Virus record (IMG/VR): IMGVR_UViG_3300047496_000382
DNA length: 64,000 nt
DNA from: a virus
Direction: 5' to 3' (one strand)
Shown: one piece after another, positions 18,326 through 29,700 of the stretch
Numbering within the stretch: the stretch's first letter is position 1
Layout: the number at the start of each line of letters is the position of its first letter
Notes under the pieces: model-generated
Seen by the model: only the letters and a program-made list of their open reading frames with translations
Databases searched by the model: none
What the model was told of the DNA's origin: nothing
Made by a program: the position numbers and the translations under genes

Positions 18326-19041
18326 TAGTCCGGTGCCGACATCGGGATGACGATGATGTGCATCACCGCGCCGACGTGACAGAGCGCACCACCCCAAGAA
18401 CCGGAAATGCCGAGCGCGAAACGGTCAGCACTTCCACCAAGCCCTGTCGTGAAGGGCATGTTGAACAGTGACGGCGTGCCCTTGCCGAACATGAGGTTTT
18501 GCTTCTGTTGGAAGGGCGCGGCGTCGACACCCGCAGGGAAGAACTGCGAGCGTCCCGCAACGTTTGGCGTCCACTGCGTATCGGTGACAGAGACGATGTC
18601 CCATCCTGCGTCTGCGCCGGGAATGGAGTCCGCCCAGAGTTGGTCGGCTTGTCCGAGCGCGGAGGTAACGGCATCGAATCGAAAGTCGACGTCGCCCCCG
18701 ACTGCGCCCGTTGTGACATCCAAGTAGAAGACTTCGAGGTACGCGCCGAGAATTGCGTAGGTCACCCCCGAGACGGGACGCCAGAGCTGCACGCGGTGAA
18801 CAGTCCCGTCCAGCGCCGCCGTATACGAGAGGGGGCAGTGGAGGGCAGTAAGGCTGCTCCCATCAGCAAAGAGGTTTGCGTTCGACGTCCACACATCGAA
18901 CGTAGTGCCCGGCGCAGAGGAGTCGTATGGCGTCGCAAGGTCGCCAGGCCACCCCGTGATGAGCAGGTCCTGGTCTTCGCCGGCGTAGTCCTGAAGCGGG
19001 ATGGCGGCTGTGCGAACTCGACGAGACATGGTGCGCTCCAA
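18322..19041 (-). CDS. putative virion protein (239 aa)
   Basis: Last gene of the minus-strand structural operon; beta-rich composition. Confidence 0.65.
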   Translation of the reverse strand: MERTMSRRVRTAAIPLQDYAGEDQDLLITGWPGDLATPYDSSAPGTTFDVWTSNANLFADGSSLTALHCPLSYTAALDGTVHRVQLWRPVSGVTYAILGAYLEVFYLDVTTGAVGGDVDFRFDAVTSALGQADQLWADSIPGADAGWDIVSVTDTQWTPNVAGRSQFFPAGVDAAPFQQKQNLMFGKGTPSLFNMPFTTGLGGSADRFALGISGSWGGALCHVGAVMHIIVIPMSAPDY

Positions 19042-21291
19042 TCACTCGGTGTAGCGGGTAACCGACCAGAAGACGCGGTCCTTGGCGACCACTCCCTCAT
19101 AGACGTCCCAATAGTACGTGGCGGCGCCATCTCCGATGGGCGACAAAAGGGCATCGGTTCCGCTGAAGACCGAGGTGTAGCCCGTGACCGTGAAGCTCAC
19201 GCCGTTGACGCGGCTGGTGTTCGTTCGGCGGATGGCGACAGTGAGCCGTCCCGAGTCGTAGTTGATGCCTGACGTGGATGCGTACGCAAAGTTGTTGAAA
19301 GTCATCCCGACGGTGCTTGCGCCCACCGGGTTGGTGCCATCGAGCAGCCACCGAATGATGCCGCCGTTACTGCCCGATGTCGCCAGGTTGATGACGGGCG
19401 CACTACCCCCCGTCACTTCGTGAAGGCCCGACCGAATAAAGGCGACGTCGAGCCCTTTGGTGACCTCGAAGCCATCCTTGGCGAGCGGCACATGTGCACC
19501 ACTGCTGTTGAACTCCACCGCCCCGTCAAAATTGGCGGCGCCGTGTGCCGTGAGCGTTCCAAAAACGTCGAGCGTGTCTTGGACCGATACCGCTGAAGAG
19601 GGACCGAAGGTCGCATTGCCGAAGACATCTAGCGCGCCGAGGATGTTGGCACTGCCGTCACCCAGCAAGTAGCTGTACTCGATGTACTTGAAGCCAGAAG
19701 CGATGCCGCCGGACTGGTTGTAGCCGCCCCATGCGAAGGCCGCGCTGGTGCCGTCATCGCTGCGCGCAAAGAAGCGCGCGTACTCACTGTCGTTGACCGC
19801 TGAGACAGAGGCGTTCGGCAGCGAGGACCAGAAGAATCCACGGAAGTCCGTCGTCGGAGCAGGAAGGCCGAGCTTGAGCGCTCGGTAGCCTGCACCGCCG
19901 TCCGACGTGAACATCTCTGTACGCACCCACTCAACGATGGTTGCTGCCGTCGCCGGCGGGAAGTTCGGCGTCGAACCGTCGAGGAAAGCCATCGTGCCGG
20001 CAAGCGCGCTCGACAACGAGAGCATCGTCACGTTGTAGAGCACGCCTCCGACGTTCAATCGGATGATGTCGACGCCCTGCGCAAAGGCAGACATCGGCAC
20101 GAGGCTCTCGAGGATGTAGAAGTGGTCGTTCGGACCGTTGAGCACCAACCCTGCGGCGTTGAGAGTCACTGAGGCGCCAGCACTGAGAACGGTGCGCGTC
20201 GTCAACGAAGCGCCCGTCGTCACGCGCCGAGAGCCGGCGTAGAAGCCGAACATTCCAGGTGTGTTGAGGAAGGGCTCTGTCTCCGTCGTGATGCGCCCGC
20301 CAAGAGCCACGAAGCCCGCCGAAACAGCTGCGCGGTCACCCGCCGCGGCGACGGCGACCTGGTCTTGTAGGACAGAGCCCCAAAGACCTCCGAGGACGTG
20401 CTCGCTGGTACCGAAGGATGTCGGTCCTGCCGACGCGATGGTGGAATAGCCGGTGACTCCGGGCCCTCCTGCCGTCGTGCGTGTGAACCAGCCTCCAGCA
20501 CCCGCCGTATCGAGGGCATTTGCTGCGGGGTGGTACGCGGGGTAGCCGACATCCTTCGCTGTCGCGTGTCTGTAGCGCTCGTCGAGACCTCCCCACGCGA
20601 GGTCATAGAGCGTGGTCGTCGGCGCCGCGTTCCACGGGATGCCCGCTGAGATGGGCCCCTGGATGGCGGCGAAGACCTCTTCGACCTGCGCATCAACAGC
20701 AATGGTGCTGCGGATGCGCATCGTAGTGAGGAAGTCTGCCGGCAGCGTCGCGAGGTTCGTACGTTCGCCGTAGTAGAGGCTGTAGAGCGTCGTGTCGGGG
20801 ATGGAGAGGTTGAACGTGACGGTGACGTTACCCAGCGAGAAGCCCCCGCCGACGACGACGAGGCCGGAGTCGACCGCGGACGTCACGACGACCTTCGTGC
20901 CCCCGACGACGATGTCGTCGCCGTTCTGGTCGGTCAGGTGAAAGAGGTCCTCAAGCGTATCGCCGATGCCGCCCATGAAGACGCCGGGACCGGTGATGAG
21001 GATGCTCGGAACGGGGCCCACCGCCGTGCCGTCGAGACGCACAGGAAGCGCCAAATCGCGATGCATCAGGTCATCGAGGAAGTCGGTGTTCTGTGCAAGC
21101 GCGAGCGCAGGACGATTCGCATCAGCGCTCGTCGCGTCCTCCCCGAAGGCGATGAAGTACGAGCCAACGTTCGGTCCACCGCCCTTCTGTCCGTCTGCAA
21201 ATGCGGGTGTGCCGGAGACTGCGTTGTTGATGTAGTCGTACCCGCCAGGGAGACCACCGAAGTAACTCGGAATTGCCAGCCGATGGAACAT
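19042..21291 (-). CDS. tail/baseplate-associated fibre-like protein (749 aa)
   Basis: G/T/S/A-rich; NRPALALAQNTDFLD coiled N-segment; structural operon. Confidence 0.7.
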   Translation of the reverse strand: MFHRLAIPSYFGGLPGGYDYINNAVSGTPAFADGQKGGGPNVGSYFIAFGEDATSADANRPALALAQNTDFLDDLMHRDLALPVRLDGTAVGPVPSILITGPGVFMGGIGDTLEDLFHLTDQNGDDIVVGGTKVVVTSAVDSGLVVVGGGFSLGNVTVTFNLSIPDTTLYSLYYGERTNLATLPADFLTTMRIRSTIAVDAQVEEVFAAIQGPISAGIPWNAAPTTTLYDLAWGGLDERYRHATAKDVGYPAYHPAANALDTAGAGGWFTRTTAGGPGVTGYSTIASAGPTSFGTSEHVLGGLWGSVLQDQVAVAAAGDRAAVSAGFVALGGRITTETEPFLNTPGMFGFYAGSRRVTTGASLTTRTVLSAGASVTLNAAGLVLNGPNDHFYILESLVPMSAFAQGVDIIRLNVGGVLYNVTMLSLSSALAGTMAFLDGSTPNFPPATAATIVEWVRTEMFTSDGGAGYRALKLGLPAPTTDFRGFFWSSLPNASVSAVNDSEYARFFARSDDGTSAAFAWGGYNQSGGIASGFKYIEYSYLLGDGSANILGALDVFGNATFGPSSAVSVQDTLDVFGTLTAHGAANFDGAVEFNSSGAHVPLAKDGFEVTKGLDVAFIRSGLHEVTGGSAPVINLATSGSNGGIIRWLLDGTNPVGASTVGMTFNNFAYASTSGINYDSGRLTVAIRRTNTSRVNGVSFTVTGYTSVFSGTDALLSPIGDGAATYYWDVYEGVVAKDRVFWSVTRYTE

Positions 21292-21303
21292 GGAGGTCTC
21301 CCG

Positions 21304-21954
21304 TCAGAAGCGAATCGTCCACGCGACCTCGAGCTGAAAAGCCGAGGTCTTACTGAGCGTATCGAACGTGTCGTAGGCGATGCCCGTGTTGTTGTACACG
21401 TTGGGATTCGCCACAGCTGTGACGAGAAGAATCTCGGACAGCGGCACCGTGAGGAACGGATTGTAGCTGACGTCCAGCTGCCCGAAGAGGCGACTGAAGG
21501 TCACCTGCGTCGACGTCACGTGCACCGGAGGCGCCTGCACCTGCCCGAGCCACACGTCTGGCGCGAGACCAGGATAGGGGGCTGAAGAACCCGAGATGCG
21601 CACTGGGCGTTCGAGACTGGTGACGGTTGGGTCGGTGTCCGTCTGGAGATTCGAGCCGGGGTACGCCGTGACGAGTGGCGGCGCGTTTGCTGTCGTGAGT
21701 GCGAGTTGCTGCGTCCCGCCGATGCCGAGACCCATGTACTTCACACGGTCGTTGCGCTCAGGAACGTCTGGACCGAACGACGTGTAGCCCAGCAAGCTCG
21801 CAAGGTACTCGCGCCCGAGATTGAGCCAGATGTTGTGGCCTTCACGCCGCTGGACAATCTTCCCGCGCTCGCGCGCGATGATGCTGAGGTTGTTGCGAAC
21901 CTCGATGTCCGTGGCGGTCGAGTAGCGAATGCCCCTGCGGCGTTTCGTCGTCAT
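21304..21954 (-). CDS. tail-collar/fibre-attachment-like protein
   Basis: HNIWLNLGREYLASLL...YMGLGIGG pattern typical of myovirus fibre N-terminal domains. Confidence 0.55.
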   Translation of the reverse strand: MTTKRRRGIRYSTATDIEVRNNLSIIARERGKIVQRREGHNIWLNLGREYLASLLGYTSFGPDVPERNDRVKYMGLGIGGTQQLALTTANAPPLVTAYPGSNLQTDTDPTVTSLERPVRISGSSAPYPGLAPDVWLGQVQAPPVHVTSTQVTFSRLFGQLDVSYNPFLTVPLSEILLVTAVANPNVYNNTGIAYDTFDTLSKTSAFQLEVAWTIRF

Positions 21955-22433
21955 CAGACGCTCCCTTGCGCGAGTCTACCGAGTTCGTCGAAGAACGCCG
22001 AGAGCGACGCTCCGGAGATTTTGACGAGGGGCTTCTTCTCCGCCACCAGCGCCTTCAAGCGGTCGATGGGGACCTGCGAGATGGGCCCGAGGAACTTCGG
22101 GTCGTTGTAGTGCGCGAGGTAGAGCTTCTTCGCCTCCTCTTCGCTGCGTACACCCAAAATCACCTTGTCTTCGTCGTAACCCTTGCCGGTGTGCTTGTGC
22201 TGATGGACGACGAAAGCGTGCGGGGCGTCTTTCACCGGACCGACGTAGGCGTCTACTTCTTCTCCATCGGCACCGCGCGTTCCCTGGATGTAGCCGTAAG
22301 GCGCTTTCATCACGGTTCGCCACGGCTTCCCATCGCGGTCGACACCGGAGCGCACCGAGCCCTTCCGATTCTCAATGGCGATGCGTAGCCCTTGGTGTGT
22401 CGTGTGGCCGTGAAGTTTGTGCTCTTTAGACAT
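21954..22433 (-). CDS. InPase (inorganic pyrophosphatase-like) domain protein with C-terminal AFFDELGRLA motif
   Basis: IAIENRKGSVR...YGYIQGTRGADGEEVDAYVG...FVVHQ...YDEDKVILG. Confidence 0.8.
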   Translation of the reverse strand: MSKEHKLHGHTTHQGLRIAIENRKGSVRSGVDRDGKPWRTVMKAPYGYIQGTRGADGEEVDAYVGPVKDAPHAFVVHQHKHTGKGYDEDKVILGVRSEEEAKKLYLAHYNDPKFLGPISQVPIDRLKALVAEKKPLVKISGASLSAFFDELGRLAQGSV

Positions 22434-22436
22434 GGC

Positions 22437-25400
22437 TCAAAGGCTCCTGTACGCGCAGTACGTGCCTGCGGGAAGTGCGGTGTCGTACGCCCAAGAGACG
22501 GCCTGCCCGAGCGAGACCAGAACGCTGTTGAAGAAGACATCGAGCGCGTTGCCGGTGCTGGACCGGATGAACGCCGTGAGGATGTCGCCACCAAGGACTG
22601 GGATGGCAGCTCCGACTGCCGTGGTGAAGCCGCCCGTGTTCAGCGTGAAGGGCGTCGTCGAGACCAACACGTCGTTCTGGTAGATGTCGAGGAAGTACGT
22701 GTTCGGAGTACCTTCATCATCCGCGTTGAGCGCGAGCTGGATGGTGTTGATGGTACCAGGAGCACCGACAGTCACCGGGTCACCGACTTGAAGACCGGGT
22801 GCTGCCGGAACACTCAACACATCCCCCACGGAGAACTCCGCGTCATCGCCCGTGAAGACAGGCTCATCGAACTGGAAGATGGAGTCCATCGTCGGCAGGG
22901 TTGGTGCGATGAAGGTCGTGCAGAGCGTGGCGTAGGCGTCCTCCTCGGGACAGAGGAGCTCCTTGTCGTAGGCCCAGATGATGGGATTCTGCGGCGTCGG
23001 GTAGACCGGCACGATGTCGGGGGCTGCTCCGCCGTCGAAGCGGTTCCACCATCCACCGCCACCGGCGCGCGGCTGGTCGAACATCGTCGACGTGCCCCCG
23101 AGGCACGGCGTGTCGTTGAGGAGCAGCGTGCCGCCGAGGTCAACTTCATCACTCACAGAAACGTCAGAAGGGTCGACCTGCGCGCGCACGACGAAGAGCG
23201 GGTACGTGTACGTCGGCTTGATGCGCAGCACGAAGCTCTGGGCGAAGAGCAGCGCATTGAGGTTGAAGGCAGCGCTGTCGACACGCACCAGGAACTTGAA
23301 GAACTTCTCGACCTCGAGCATCGCACCCTGCTCGAGATAGCCCTGAAACCACGTCGGGTTCTTGATGTAGTCAAGCACCTCGACACCTGTGACCAACGGA
23401 GCGAACTGCTCCACCGTATCGCCCACGACGTAGGGCAACGAGGTCGTCGGATTCACCTCGAGCGACAGCGACGCGGGATACATGTACGAACGTACGATTT
23501 CTGGACGTGCGATGTCGCGTACGAGAATGCGCCCGTTGGTTGTCGAGAAGTCATCACGTAGCTCAATGATGGTGCCACGCTCCTCCGCGAAGGGCAGCCC
23601 AAGAAGAATCTGCGTTCCGGCACGCAAGTTGAAGACAGTCGGACCGTTGAAGTAGGCGTACCAGAGTCCTTGGACTGACGAGAGGTAGTCGATGTTCGAC
23701 GGAAGCTGCGCAAGGTCGTCGAGAGTGAAGCTCGCCGGAATGCCGAAATTCCCCTCAATGCTCGGACGGTTGTCCAGGTACGAGAACTCAGCCCAGAGCA
23801 TCGGCGGTGGCTTCAAACCTTCCCAAACATCAGGACCGCCAGTCGAGCTCACGACAAGGCGCAGACACGGCAAAGAGCGGAACGTTTCGATGAAATAGTC
23901 AACATTTCGTCGAAGCGTGCGCGTGTCATCCGTCTGGTCGATGAGCTCCTGCAACAACGGAACATCAAGGATGAGTGGGTCGATGGGGATATACTTCCTA
24001 CGCGTGACACTCTGGAGGTAGACCCCGTAGCGCGTCGGCTGCGTTAGGTAGAGCGCGACGAGTGTGGTGTCCGCCAGCAGTGTTCCCGGACTCGAAGGCG
24101 CGGCACCGTAGGTCTGGGCGTCGAAGGTGACTACTGCCTGCGACTGCAGGTCAATGACCTCGTACGTTGTGACATCGTTGATGGAGACCAGGCCGTTGTA
24201 GAAGTCGAGGTCTGGGGACGTGACCTGCCCCGGAATCACCCAGTTCGGGCTCGCAGGGACCGGGAGGTCATCGAGCAGCGTGACGCGCGTCGAGAGCAAC
24301 GTGTCTGTCGGGTCCGTGACGATGTTCGCGATGCGGTACGCGACGCCGTCGACGCAGAGGAAATCGCCCGTGCCGAGGTCGTACTGCGCGAGGCTTCGGT
24401 CGACACGATACGTGCGCACACCCAGAGCGACGCCACCGGCGCCCGCAAGAGGCCCGTTCGCCGTGCCAGCTACCCATGCCGACGTCGCCGTTGTCGTCGA
24501 AAGCACGGTGATTGAGAAGGGCGCGTCGATGCGCACCTGCGCCTGTCCTGTGCTGTCCGGAAGCAAGCGAACAACGATGCGCGGGTCGATGGCCGCGAGT
24601 GCCGAGACGAGCACGCCCTGCATCTCCGTCGGCGTGTAGAGCCCCGCGGGCGGACCTGAGAAGTTGATGACCGTAGGCGCGCCGCGCGTTCCGAGCTGCA
24701 AGTCGAGATGCTGGCCGCCAATGCCGTAGGTCACAGCGCGTCGCGACTCGAGCCCGCCGTAGACAGAATAGACCGTCGTCAGCTCGACCTGTGTGGTGTC
24801 CTCTACGAGCAGGGGGTCGTAGTGCAGCCACTTGCGCTGGAAGGTGCGCTGGATGTCGCGGAGGCTCTTCGAGTACTCGACCTGCCACAGCCGCAGCAGC
24901 TCGGCAGCAGTCACCTGCGCAAGGCTGCCCCAGAAGACCTCGATGCGCTCTGGGTCCTCGAGAAGGCGCCAGAAGTCGGAGAGGTAGTTCCAGATGAACG
25001 AGAGGTCTGGCGTGCAGCCGCGCGAGACTGCAGAGTCAACAACATTGGCAATGACGAAGGCAGGTTCCGAGAAGAGTCCGCCAGCCTGCACGATGAGCTG
25101 GAAACGAAAGATGCCCAGCACATCCGGATAGAACGTGGGCTTCGCCGTCGTCGGAGCATCCAGACCGTTCTGTCTCAAATAGATGAAGGACCCGTTTGTG
25201 ACGTCGTCGGGGAGGTCGTAGCCGTTCACCCGTACGAAGAAGCCGTTTCCATCCGTGCCCGTGCCTGTGATGACGAAGGGGGCACCAAGCAATGTGAGCA
25301 CATCGCCGGCGGCAATCGGCTCCACAGCATTCAACGTTTGCAGGCTCGCGGAGTAGAGGCGGTCGGTGAAGCCTGTGGGAAGGGGCAGTGGGTAGGTGTA

Positions 25401-26336
25401 CCCGTCAGACTCTTCGAAGACGAACTGACTCGTGCTAGGCCCGCCGATGAGTAACCACTGGTAGAGCAGCGCGCCCCCTTGCGGGTCGAAGCTCTTGGAG
25501 CCATCGAGCTCGAGGATGCTGCAGAATTGAAGTGCCTGGTCGTTGCCTGCGTCCGCGCGCGGTGGATACGCAGGGATGATGGCCCCTGTGCCGAGACAAA
25601 TGCTGCTGATGGATGCAAGCACTGGCGCGTGAACACCGCGCGCAAGAATCTGCGTCTCATTCGGCGGCACCTGCGCGGCGCTTGAAGAAGGAATCGAGGG
25701 CAGGACGTAGCGAAGCTGGTGGCCGACGCTCAGCAAGTCCGCCGTCTTGGTGACGTAGACGTAGACGACGCCGGTGGCGAAGCTGACCGCGATACGGACC
25801 GTCCAGAAGTCAGTTTCGCTGACCAGCAGCTGACTGTTCGGCAACGCCTGCAGAGGCGTATCGAGAACAAGATTCCCGCCCTCAACGTGCACCGAGCCTG
25901 TGTACGCCAGCCCTGCTTTCGAGAAGAACAAGCCGGCGCAGGCACCTGCGGAACTTGAAGCACCGAAGTAGATATGGTCGGTGATGATGTTGCTGAAGTT
26001 CGCAGGCAGCTCTGACGTCTGCACCGTGAACTCGAGCGTGAAAGAGTCGGGGACATCAACGCTGATGACCACCTGCGCCTGCGTCGATGGGAGAGACCCG
26101 CCACTACCCACGTCCTGATTCATCGTCAGGCCGTCAATGGGGTAGTGCAGTGGGTCGCCCACGGCGTCCACTTCTGGATGAGTCAACAGCTGTGCGATGG
26201 GTCCACAAGGACCGACGCAGTACACGTCGAAGGGAGGAACGGCGGGAAGGGGACCGCCACCTGCAGGAAGCACAACGCCTCCCCACGGCAGCAGTCCCCA
26301 GCTCCCCGACCCCCAACCCGCGAGAGTGCAGTCCAT
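22437..26336 (-). CDS. large baseplate wedge protein (PKD-like domain; P2 gpI/T4 gp7-like region)
   Basis: PRADAGNDQ...LDGSKSFDP...YQW (PKD); GLWYAYFNGPT...ILLG; LRIKPTYT. Confidence 0.7.
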   Translation of the reverse strand: MDCTLAGWGSGSWGLLPWGGVVLPAGGGPLPAVPPFDVYCVGPCGPIAQLLTHPEVDAVGDPLHYPIDGLTMNQDVGSGGSLPSTQAQVVISVDVPDSFTLEFTVQTSELPANFSNIITDHIYFGASSSAGACAGLFFSKAGLAYTGSVHVEGGNLVLDTPLQALPNSQLLVSETDFWTVRIAVSFATGVVYVYVTKTADLLSVGHQLRYVLPSIPSSSAAQVPPNETQILARGVHAPVLASISSICLGTGAIIPAYPPRADAGNDQALQFCSILELDGSKSFDPQGGALLYQWLLIGGPSTSQFVFEESDGYTYPLPLPTGFTDRLYSASLQTLNAVEPIAAGDVLTLLGAPFVITGTGTDGNGFFVRVNGYDLPDDVTNGSFIYLRQNGLDAPTTAKPTFYPDVLGIFRFQLIVQAGGLFSEPAFVIANVVDSAVSRGCTPDLSFIWNYLSDFWRLLEDPERIEVFWGSLAQVTAAELLRLWQVEYSKSLRDIQRTFQRKWLHYDPLLVEDTTQVELTTVYSVYGGLESRRAVTYGIGGQHLDLQLGTRGAPTVINFSGPPAGLYTPTEMQGVLVSALAAIDPRIVVRLLPDSTGQAQVRIDAPFSITVLSTTTATSAWVAGTANGPLAGAGGVALGVRTYRVDRSLAQYDLGTGDFLCVDGVAYRIANIVTDPTDTLLSTRVTLLDDLPVPASPNWVIPGQVTSPDLDFYNGLVSINDVTTYEVIDLQSQAVVTFDAQTYGAAPSSPGTLLADTTLVALYLTQPTRYGVYLQSVTRRKYIPIDPLILDVPLLQELIDQTDDTRTLRRNVDYFIETFRSLPCLRLVVSSTGGPDVWEGLKPPPMLWAEFSYLDNRPSIEGNFGIPASFTLDDLAQLPSNIDYLSSVQGLWYAYFNGPTVFNLRAGTQILLGLPFAEERGTIIELRDDFSTTNGRILVRDIARPEIVRSYMYPASLSLEVNPTTSLPYVVGDTVEQFAPLVTGVEVLDYIKNPTWFQGYLEQGAMLEVEKFFKFLVRVDSAAFNLNALLFAQSFVLRIKPTYTYPLFVVRAQVDPSDVSVSDEVDLGGTLLLNDTPCLGGTSTMFDQPRAGGGGWWNRFDGGAAPDIVPVYPTPQNPIIWAYDKELLCPEEDAYATLCTTFIAPTLPTMDSIFQFDEPVFTGDDAEFSVGDVLSVPAAPGLQVGDPVTVGAPGTINTIQLALNADDEGTPNTYFLDIYQNDVLVSTTPFTLNTGGFTTAVGAAIPVLGGDILTAFIRSSTGNALDVFFNSVLVSLGQAVSWAYDTALPAGTYCAYRSL

Positions 26337-26355
26337 CAGCTGCGACTATCGCACA

Positions 26356-26718
26356 TCAAGCACGGGCGTTCAGGAAAGTCTGAATCCCCATCAATCGCGC
26401 GAGAACAAGCGCGAGGTCCGCAGGGACTGCTGCACCTGTCACGCCGTAGGCGTCGAGAGAAACCGCCTGCGAGAGTTGCGCGGAGGTCAACTTGGCGACA
26501 CCGAACGTCGTCGCGAGGTCTGCGTTCGACAGCTGCTTTGCAAGCGCGTACACGGCGGTCGCCTTGCTGACGATGAGCGCGCGCGCCGATGCCTTGTCGG
26601 CGTCAGACGTGCACGAGGTGTAGAGCGCCTGCGCTTGTGCAAGCTGATTGCGCAGGGCGCCGAGCGATGCTTGAGAGGAAGGTTGCGAGGGCGTTGCGAA
26701 GTTCGGGGGTGCAGACAT
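26356..26718 (-). CDS. hypothetical protein (120 aa)
   Basis: AAGGAG RBS; in operon. Confidence 0.7.
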   Translation of the reverse strand: MSAPPNFATPSQPSSQASLGALRNQLAQAQALYTSCTSDADKASARALIVSKATAVYALAKQLSNADLATTFGVAKLTSAQLSQAVSLDAYGVTGAAVPADLALVLARLMGIQTFLNARA

Positions 26719-26733
26719 GGCGTTCTCCTTGTA

Positions 26734-29700
26734 TCAACCGAGGTCACGAAGGATGGGAAATGTGCCGGGGCCGGCGGGGTCGGTGTGTTGAATCAACGCT
26801 AGACCAACATGCCCCGGCGGCACAGTGAGCGGGTTTGCAGGAAAGTCGACGAAGGTGAGGGTCACGGGCAGGGCCGTTGTGTTGATGTAGTACGCGTGCC
26901 ACCCGGGAAGAACACCACCTGTCTGGTGCGGTACTTCAATGCTTGTTGCGCCGACAAGAAGAGCCGGGTCGACATCAATGGTCAGCGTGCCGACTTCAAT
27001 GCTGGCGTACGGCAACACCCATGCAGCGCCAACAAGCGCGCCACCGGCTCCACGAGAGCCGTAGTAGGAATCATCAAGACTTGAGGCTTGCACCTGCCCA
27101 GCGATGATGCGCGTAGAGCCCAACTGGGCGATGACTGCCTGGTCAGAGACCAGCTGATTTCTGCCAGGACCGAACTGGATAGCCAGAACAAAGTTCGCTG
27201 CGCCAACGCTGACACCTGGATAGCTCCCTGCGTCTGCGCCTGAGAGAAGAAGTAGGCCGTCACCCGGCAAGATGTCTGCTGCGAGGTCCTGACGGAGACC
27301 GGAGAAGTACAGCGGCGTGTCGATGCCTGCGAGCGTAGCGGACGGCCAACCCCCAGGTGCCTGGTACTGCAGCACGCGCAGGCCGTGCGCGTCGAGTCCT
27401 CCTGTGTTGAAGTCCATGACGATGCTGACGGCAGGAGGCGCGGGCCCATCACCGACGGCGATTTTCAGCGGGGCTGCGGTGACAAACGTGAAGATGGCAT
27501 TCCCGCTGAGGTCGTAAGTGGGCGCCACTACCTCGATGTCCGAACCACTTGGCTGCGCAACCGGAGCTAACACATTGGCGATGTTTTGGGGGCCTTCGCC
27601 GTAAACCAACGTCTTTGTTCCCGGCTGGACCGTGAACCACGTCCCCCCGTCAAAATCGCGAAACACCGTGATGGGCGGGTATGTCGCCGGCAGGTTCGAG
27701 GTGTCGATGACACGCAGCGACGCTGCGCCGGTGCCGAGCGGAACATACGCAGCAGTGGCACCAGTCGGGTCACTGTCTGTCAGCACCAGCACCAGCTGGT
27801 CCTGTGGAGTGGCGGAAATACCGTAGAACACGCGCGCACCGACACCCGTTGTGACACCTGCCGGGATGCCAAAGACCGGCGGCGTTACGGTCGGGAAAAC
27901 CGTGAAGAGACCGTCGCTCTCGCGATGAACCTCCGTCGCAAACACGGTGCCGACGTACAACACAGGCATCGGCGTGACGTCCCCGAACGTGGGCGGATTG
28001 TGCGGGTCAATGCCCGTATTGAACACGTACGCGAGCTCGCTACTGGCAGTGACGCCGTCGAAACCACCCAGGTCCCAGCGGTGGTGTCGAAAGCCGTTGA
28101 GCGGTGCGACGCTATTGTTCACGCCCAGCCAGATGCCGTCCTTGTACAGCGGCCAAGTAGTGTCCGGGTTGGTGAGAATACCGATGGGAGAAACCCACGA
28201 TTCACTCAGCGGTAGCCACACCATTCCGAAGAAGGTGTCGTTTGCATCCGCCACAGCGAGCACGCCGCCGTTGTAGAGAAACTGCCCATCTGCTGCACCG
28301 GAGGTGACGCAGAAGGCGCCTGCAGGCCCCCAGTAGATGCGCCCCGGCGTAAAGCCTCCAGGAAGCGCAAAGTCAAGCACCGGCGGGTTCCAGTCCACGG
28401 CCGAGTACACGTTCAAGGTCGTCAGAAATGCAGAAGGCCCCGTAAAGCCGGGACTCACGCTCTGCGAAACTTCGACATCGAGCCCATTCTCACCAGGCGA
28501 AAGAATCGTATCCTGCTGCAGGGTCAGAGGGCCGAAGCTGTACGTGGAAAGGTGCGTGGAGGAAACCGCGTAGACCGCCGTGAGGTCCTGCCCACCGAAC
28601 GCGCAAGCAGTGACGAACTCCGGAGTAGAAATCGTGTCTACGGTGGTCGTGTTGGGAACGGGGTAGTCACTCATCGTCGTGCGCATCGAATACTGCTGGA
28701 GCTCGTACGAGCCGGCGCCATTGTCGTATCCGACATAGATGGCATCCCCGTTGTTGAGATTGAACTCGGAGATGCTGGCAGGCAGACCGAACACACCGCC
28801 ACCCGAAGACACAATGCCCACCACAGCCGCCGAATTCGGGAGGTCCAGCCCCTGCGATGTGTAGTTGAACAACTGCGGCAGTGTGCGGTCTTCGATGATG
28901 AAAATCTCAGTGCCATCTGCCGACAAGGCCAGAACGCGAACTGAAAAGCTGTGGGCGATGGCCACATCCGGGGAGTACGCCGGACAGGTACGCAGTGCCT
29001 GAATCGCCGGCAAGCCGGACATCACCGTTTTGCTGATGACGCGCGGCGCACGCGTCTGGTTCGAGAAGAAGAACTTGTAGAGCGTCGGCGACGCACCCTG
29101 TGTGATGGCGTAGAAGATGCCGGATACAGACGAATCCAGCGTACGGCACATCGACGCAAAAGGCGGAAAAGGCGTCACGCTCAACGTGAGTGCTTCACCA
29201 TTCGAGGCCGTCGTGGGGTCAGGAAGTGGAACGTTCTGAAGACTCCGAACCACCGTGGCATCGGGCGAGCCTCCAGTGACATCGCCGTACGCCAGAAAGT
29301 TGAAGTACGCCGGCCGCCACTGCTTGTTGCTGAAGACGTTCTGGTCCCCAATGCGCTGCATGGGAATACCCTGCCGCGGCAGCTGCGGGTCATCTGCCAC
29401 CACGTACGTCGTGGAGTAAGCGTCACCCTCTCCTGTGACGTAGTCGTACTGGAGGTAGAAGCCGTCAGGAAGAAGTGGGTTGAACGCCGCGAATTGAATA
29501 CCGCCAGCCACGCGTGCGGGCTGCAAGCCGAAGGCAGTGTTCGTGTAGATGAGCTCGGTGTCCTCGGTAAGAACAGCCATACCCACTTCACGGTGATTGG
29601 GCCCGACCTCTGTACTAAACGCAGCGAGGGTAGAAATCGAATGCCAACCACCGACGCCATCAGCTGCGAAGAAGGTCGGAACGTCGATGGCGTCCGGAAA

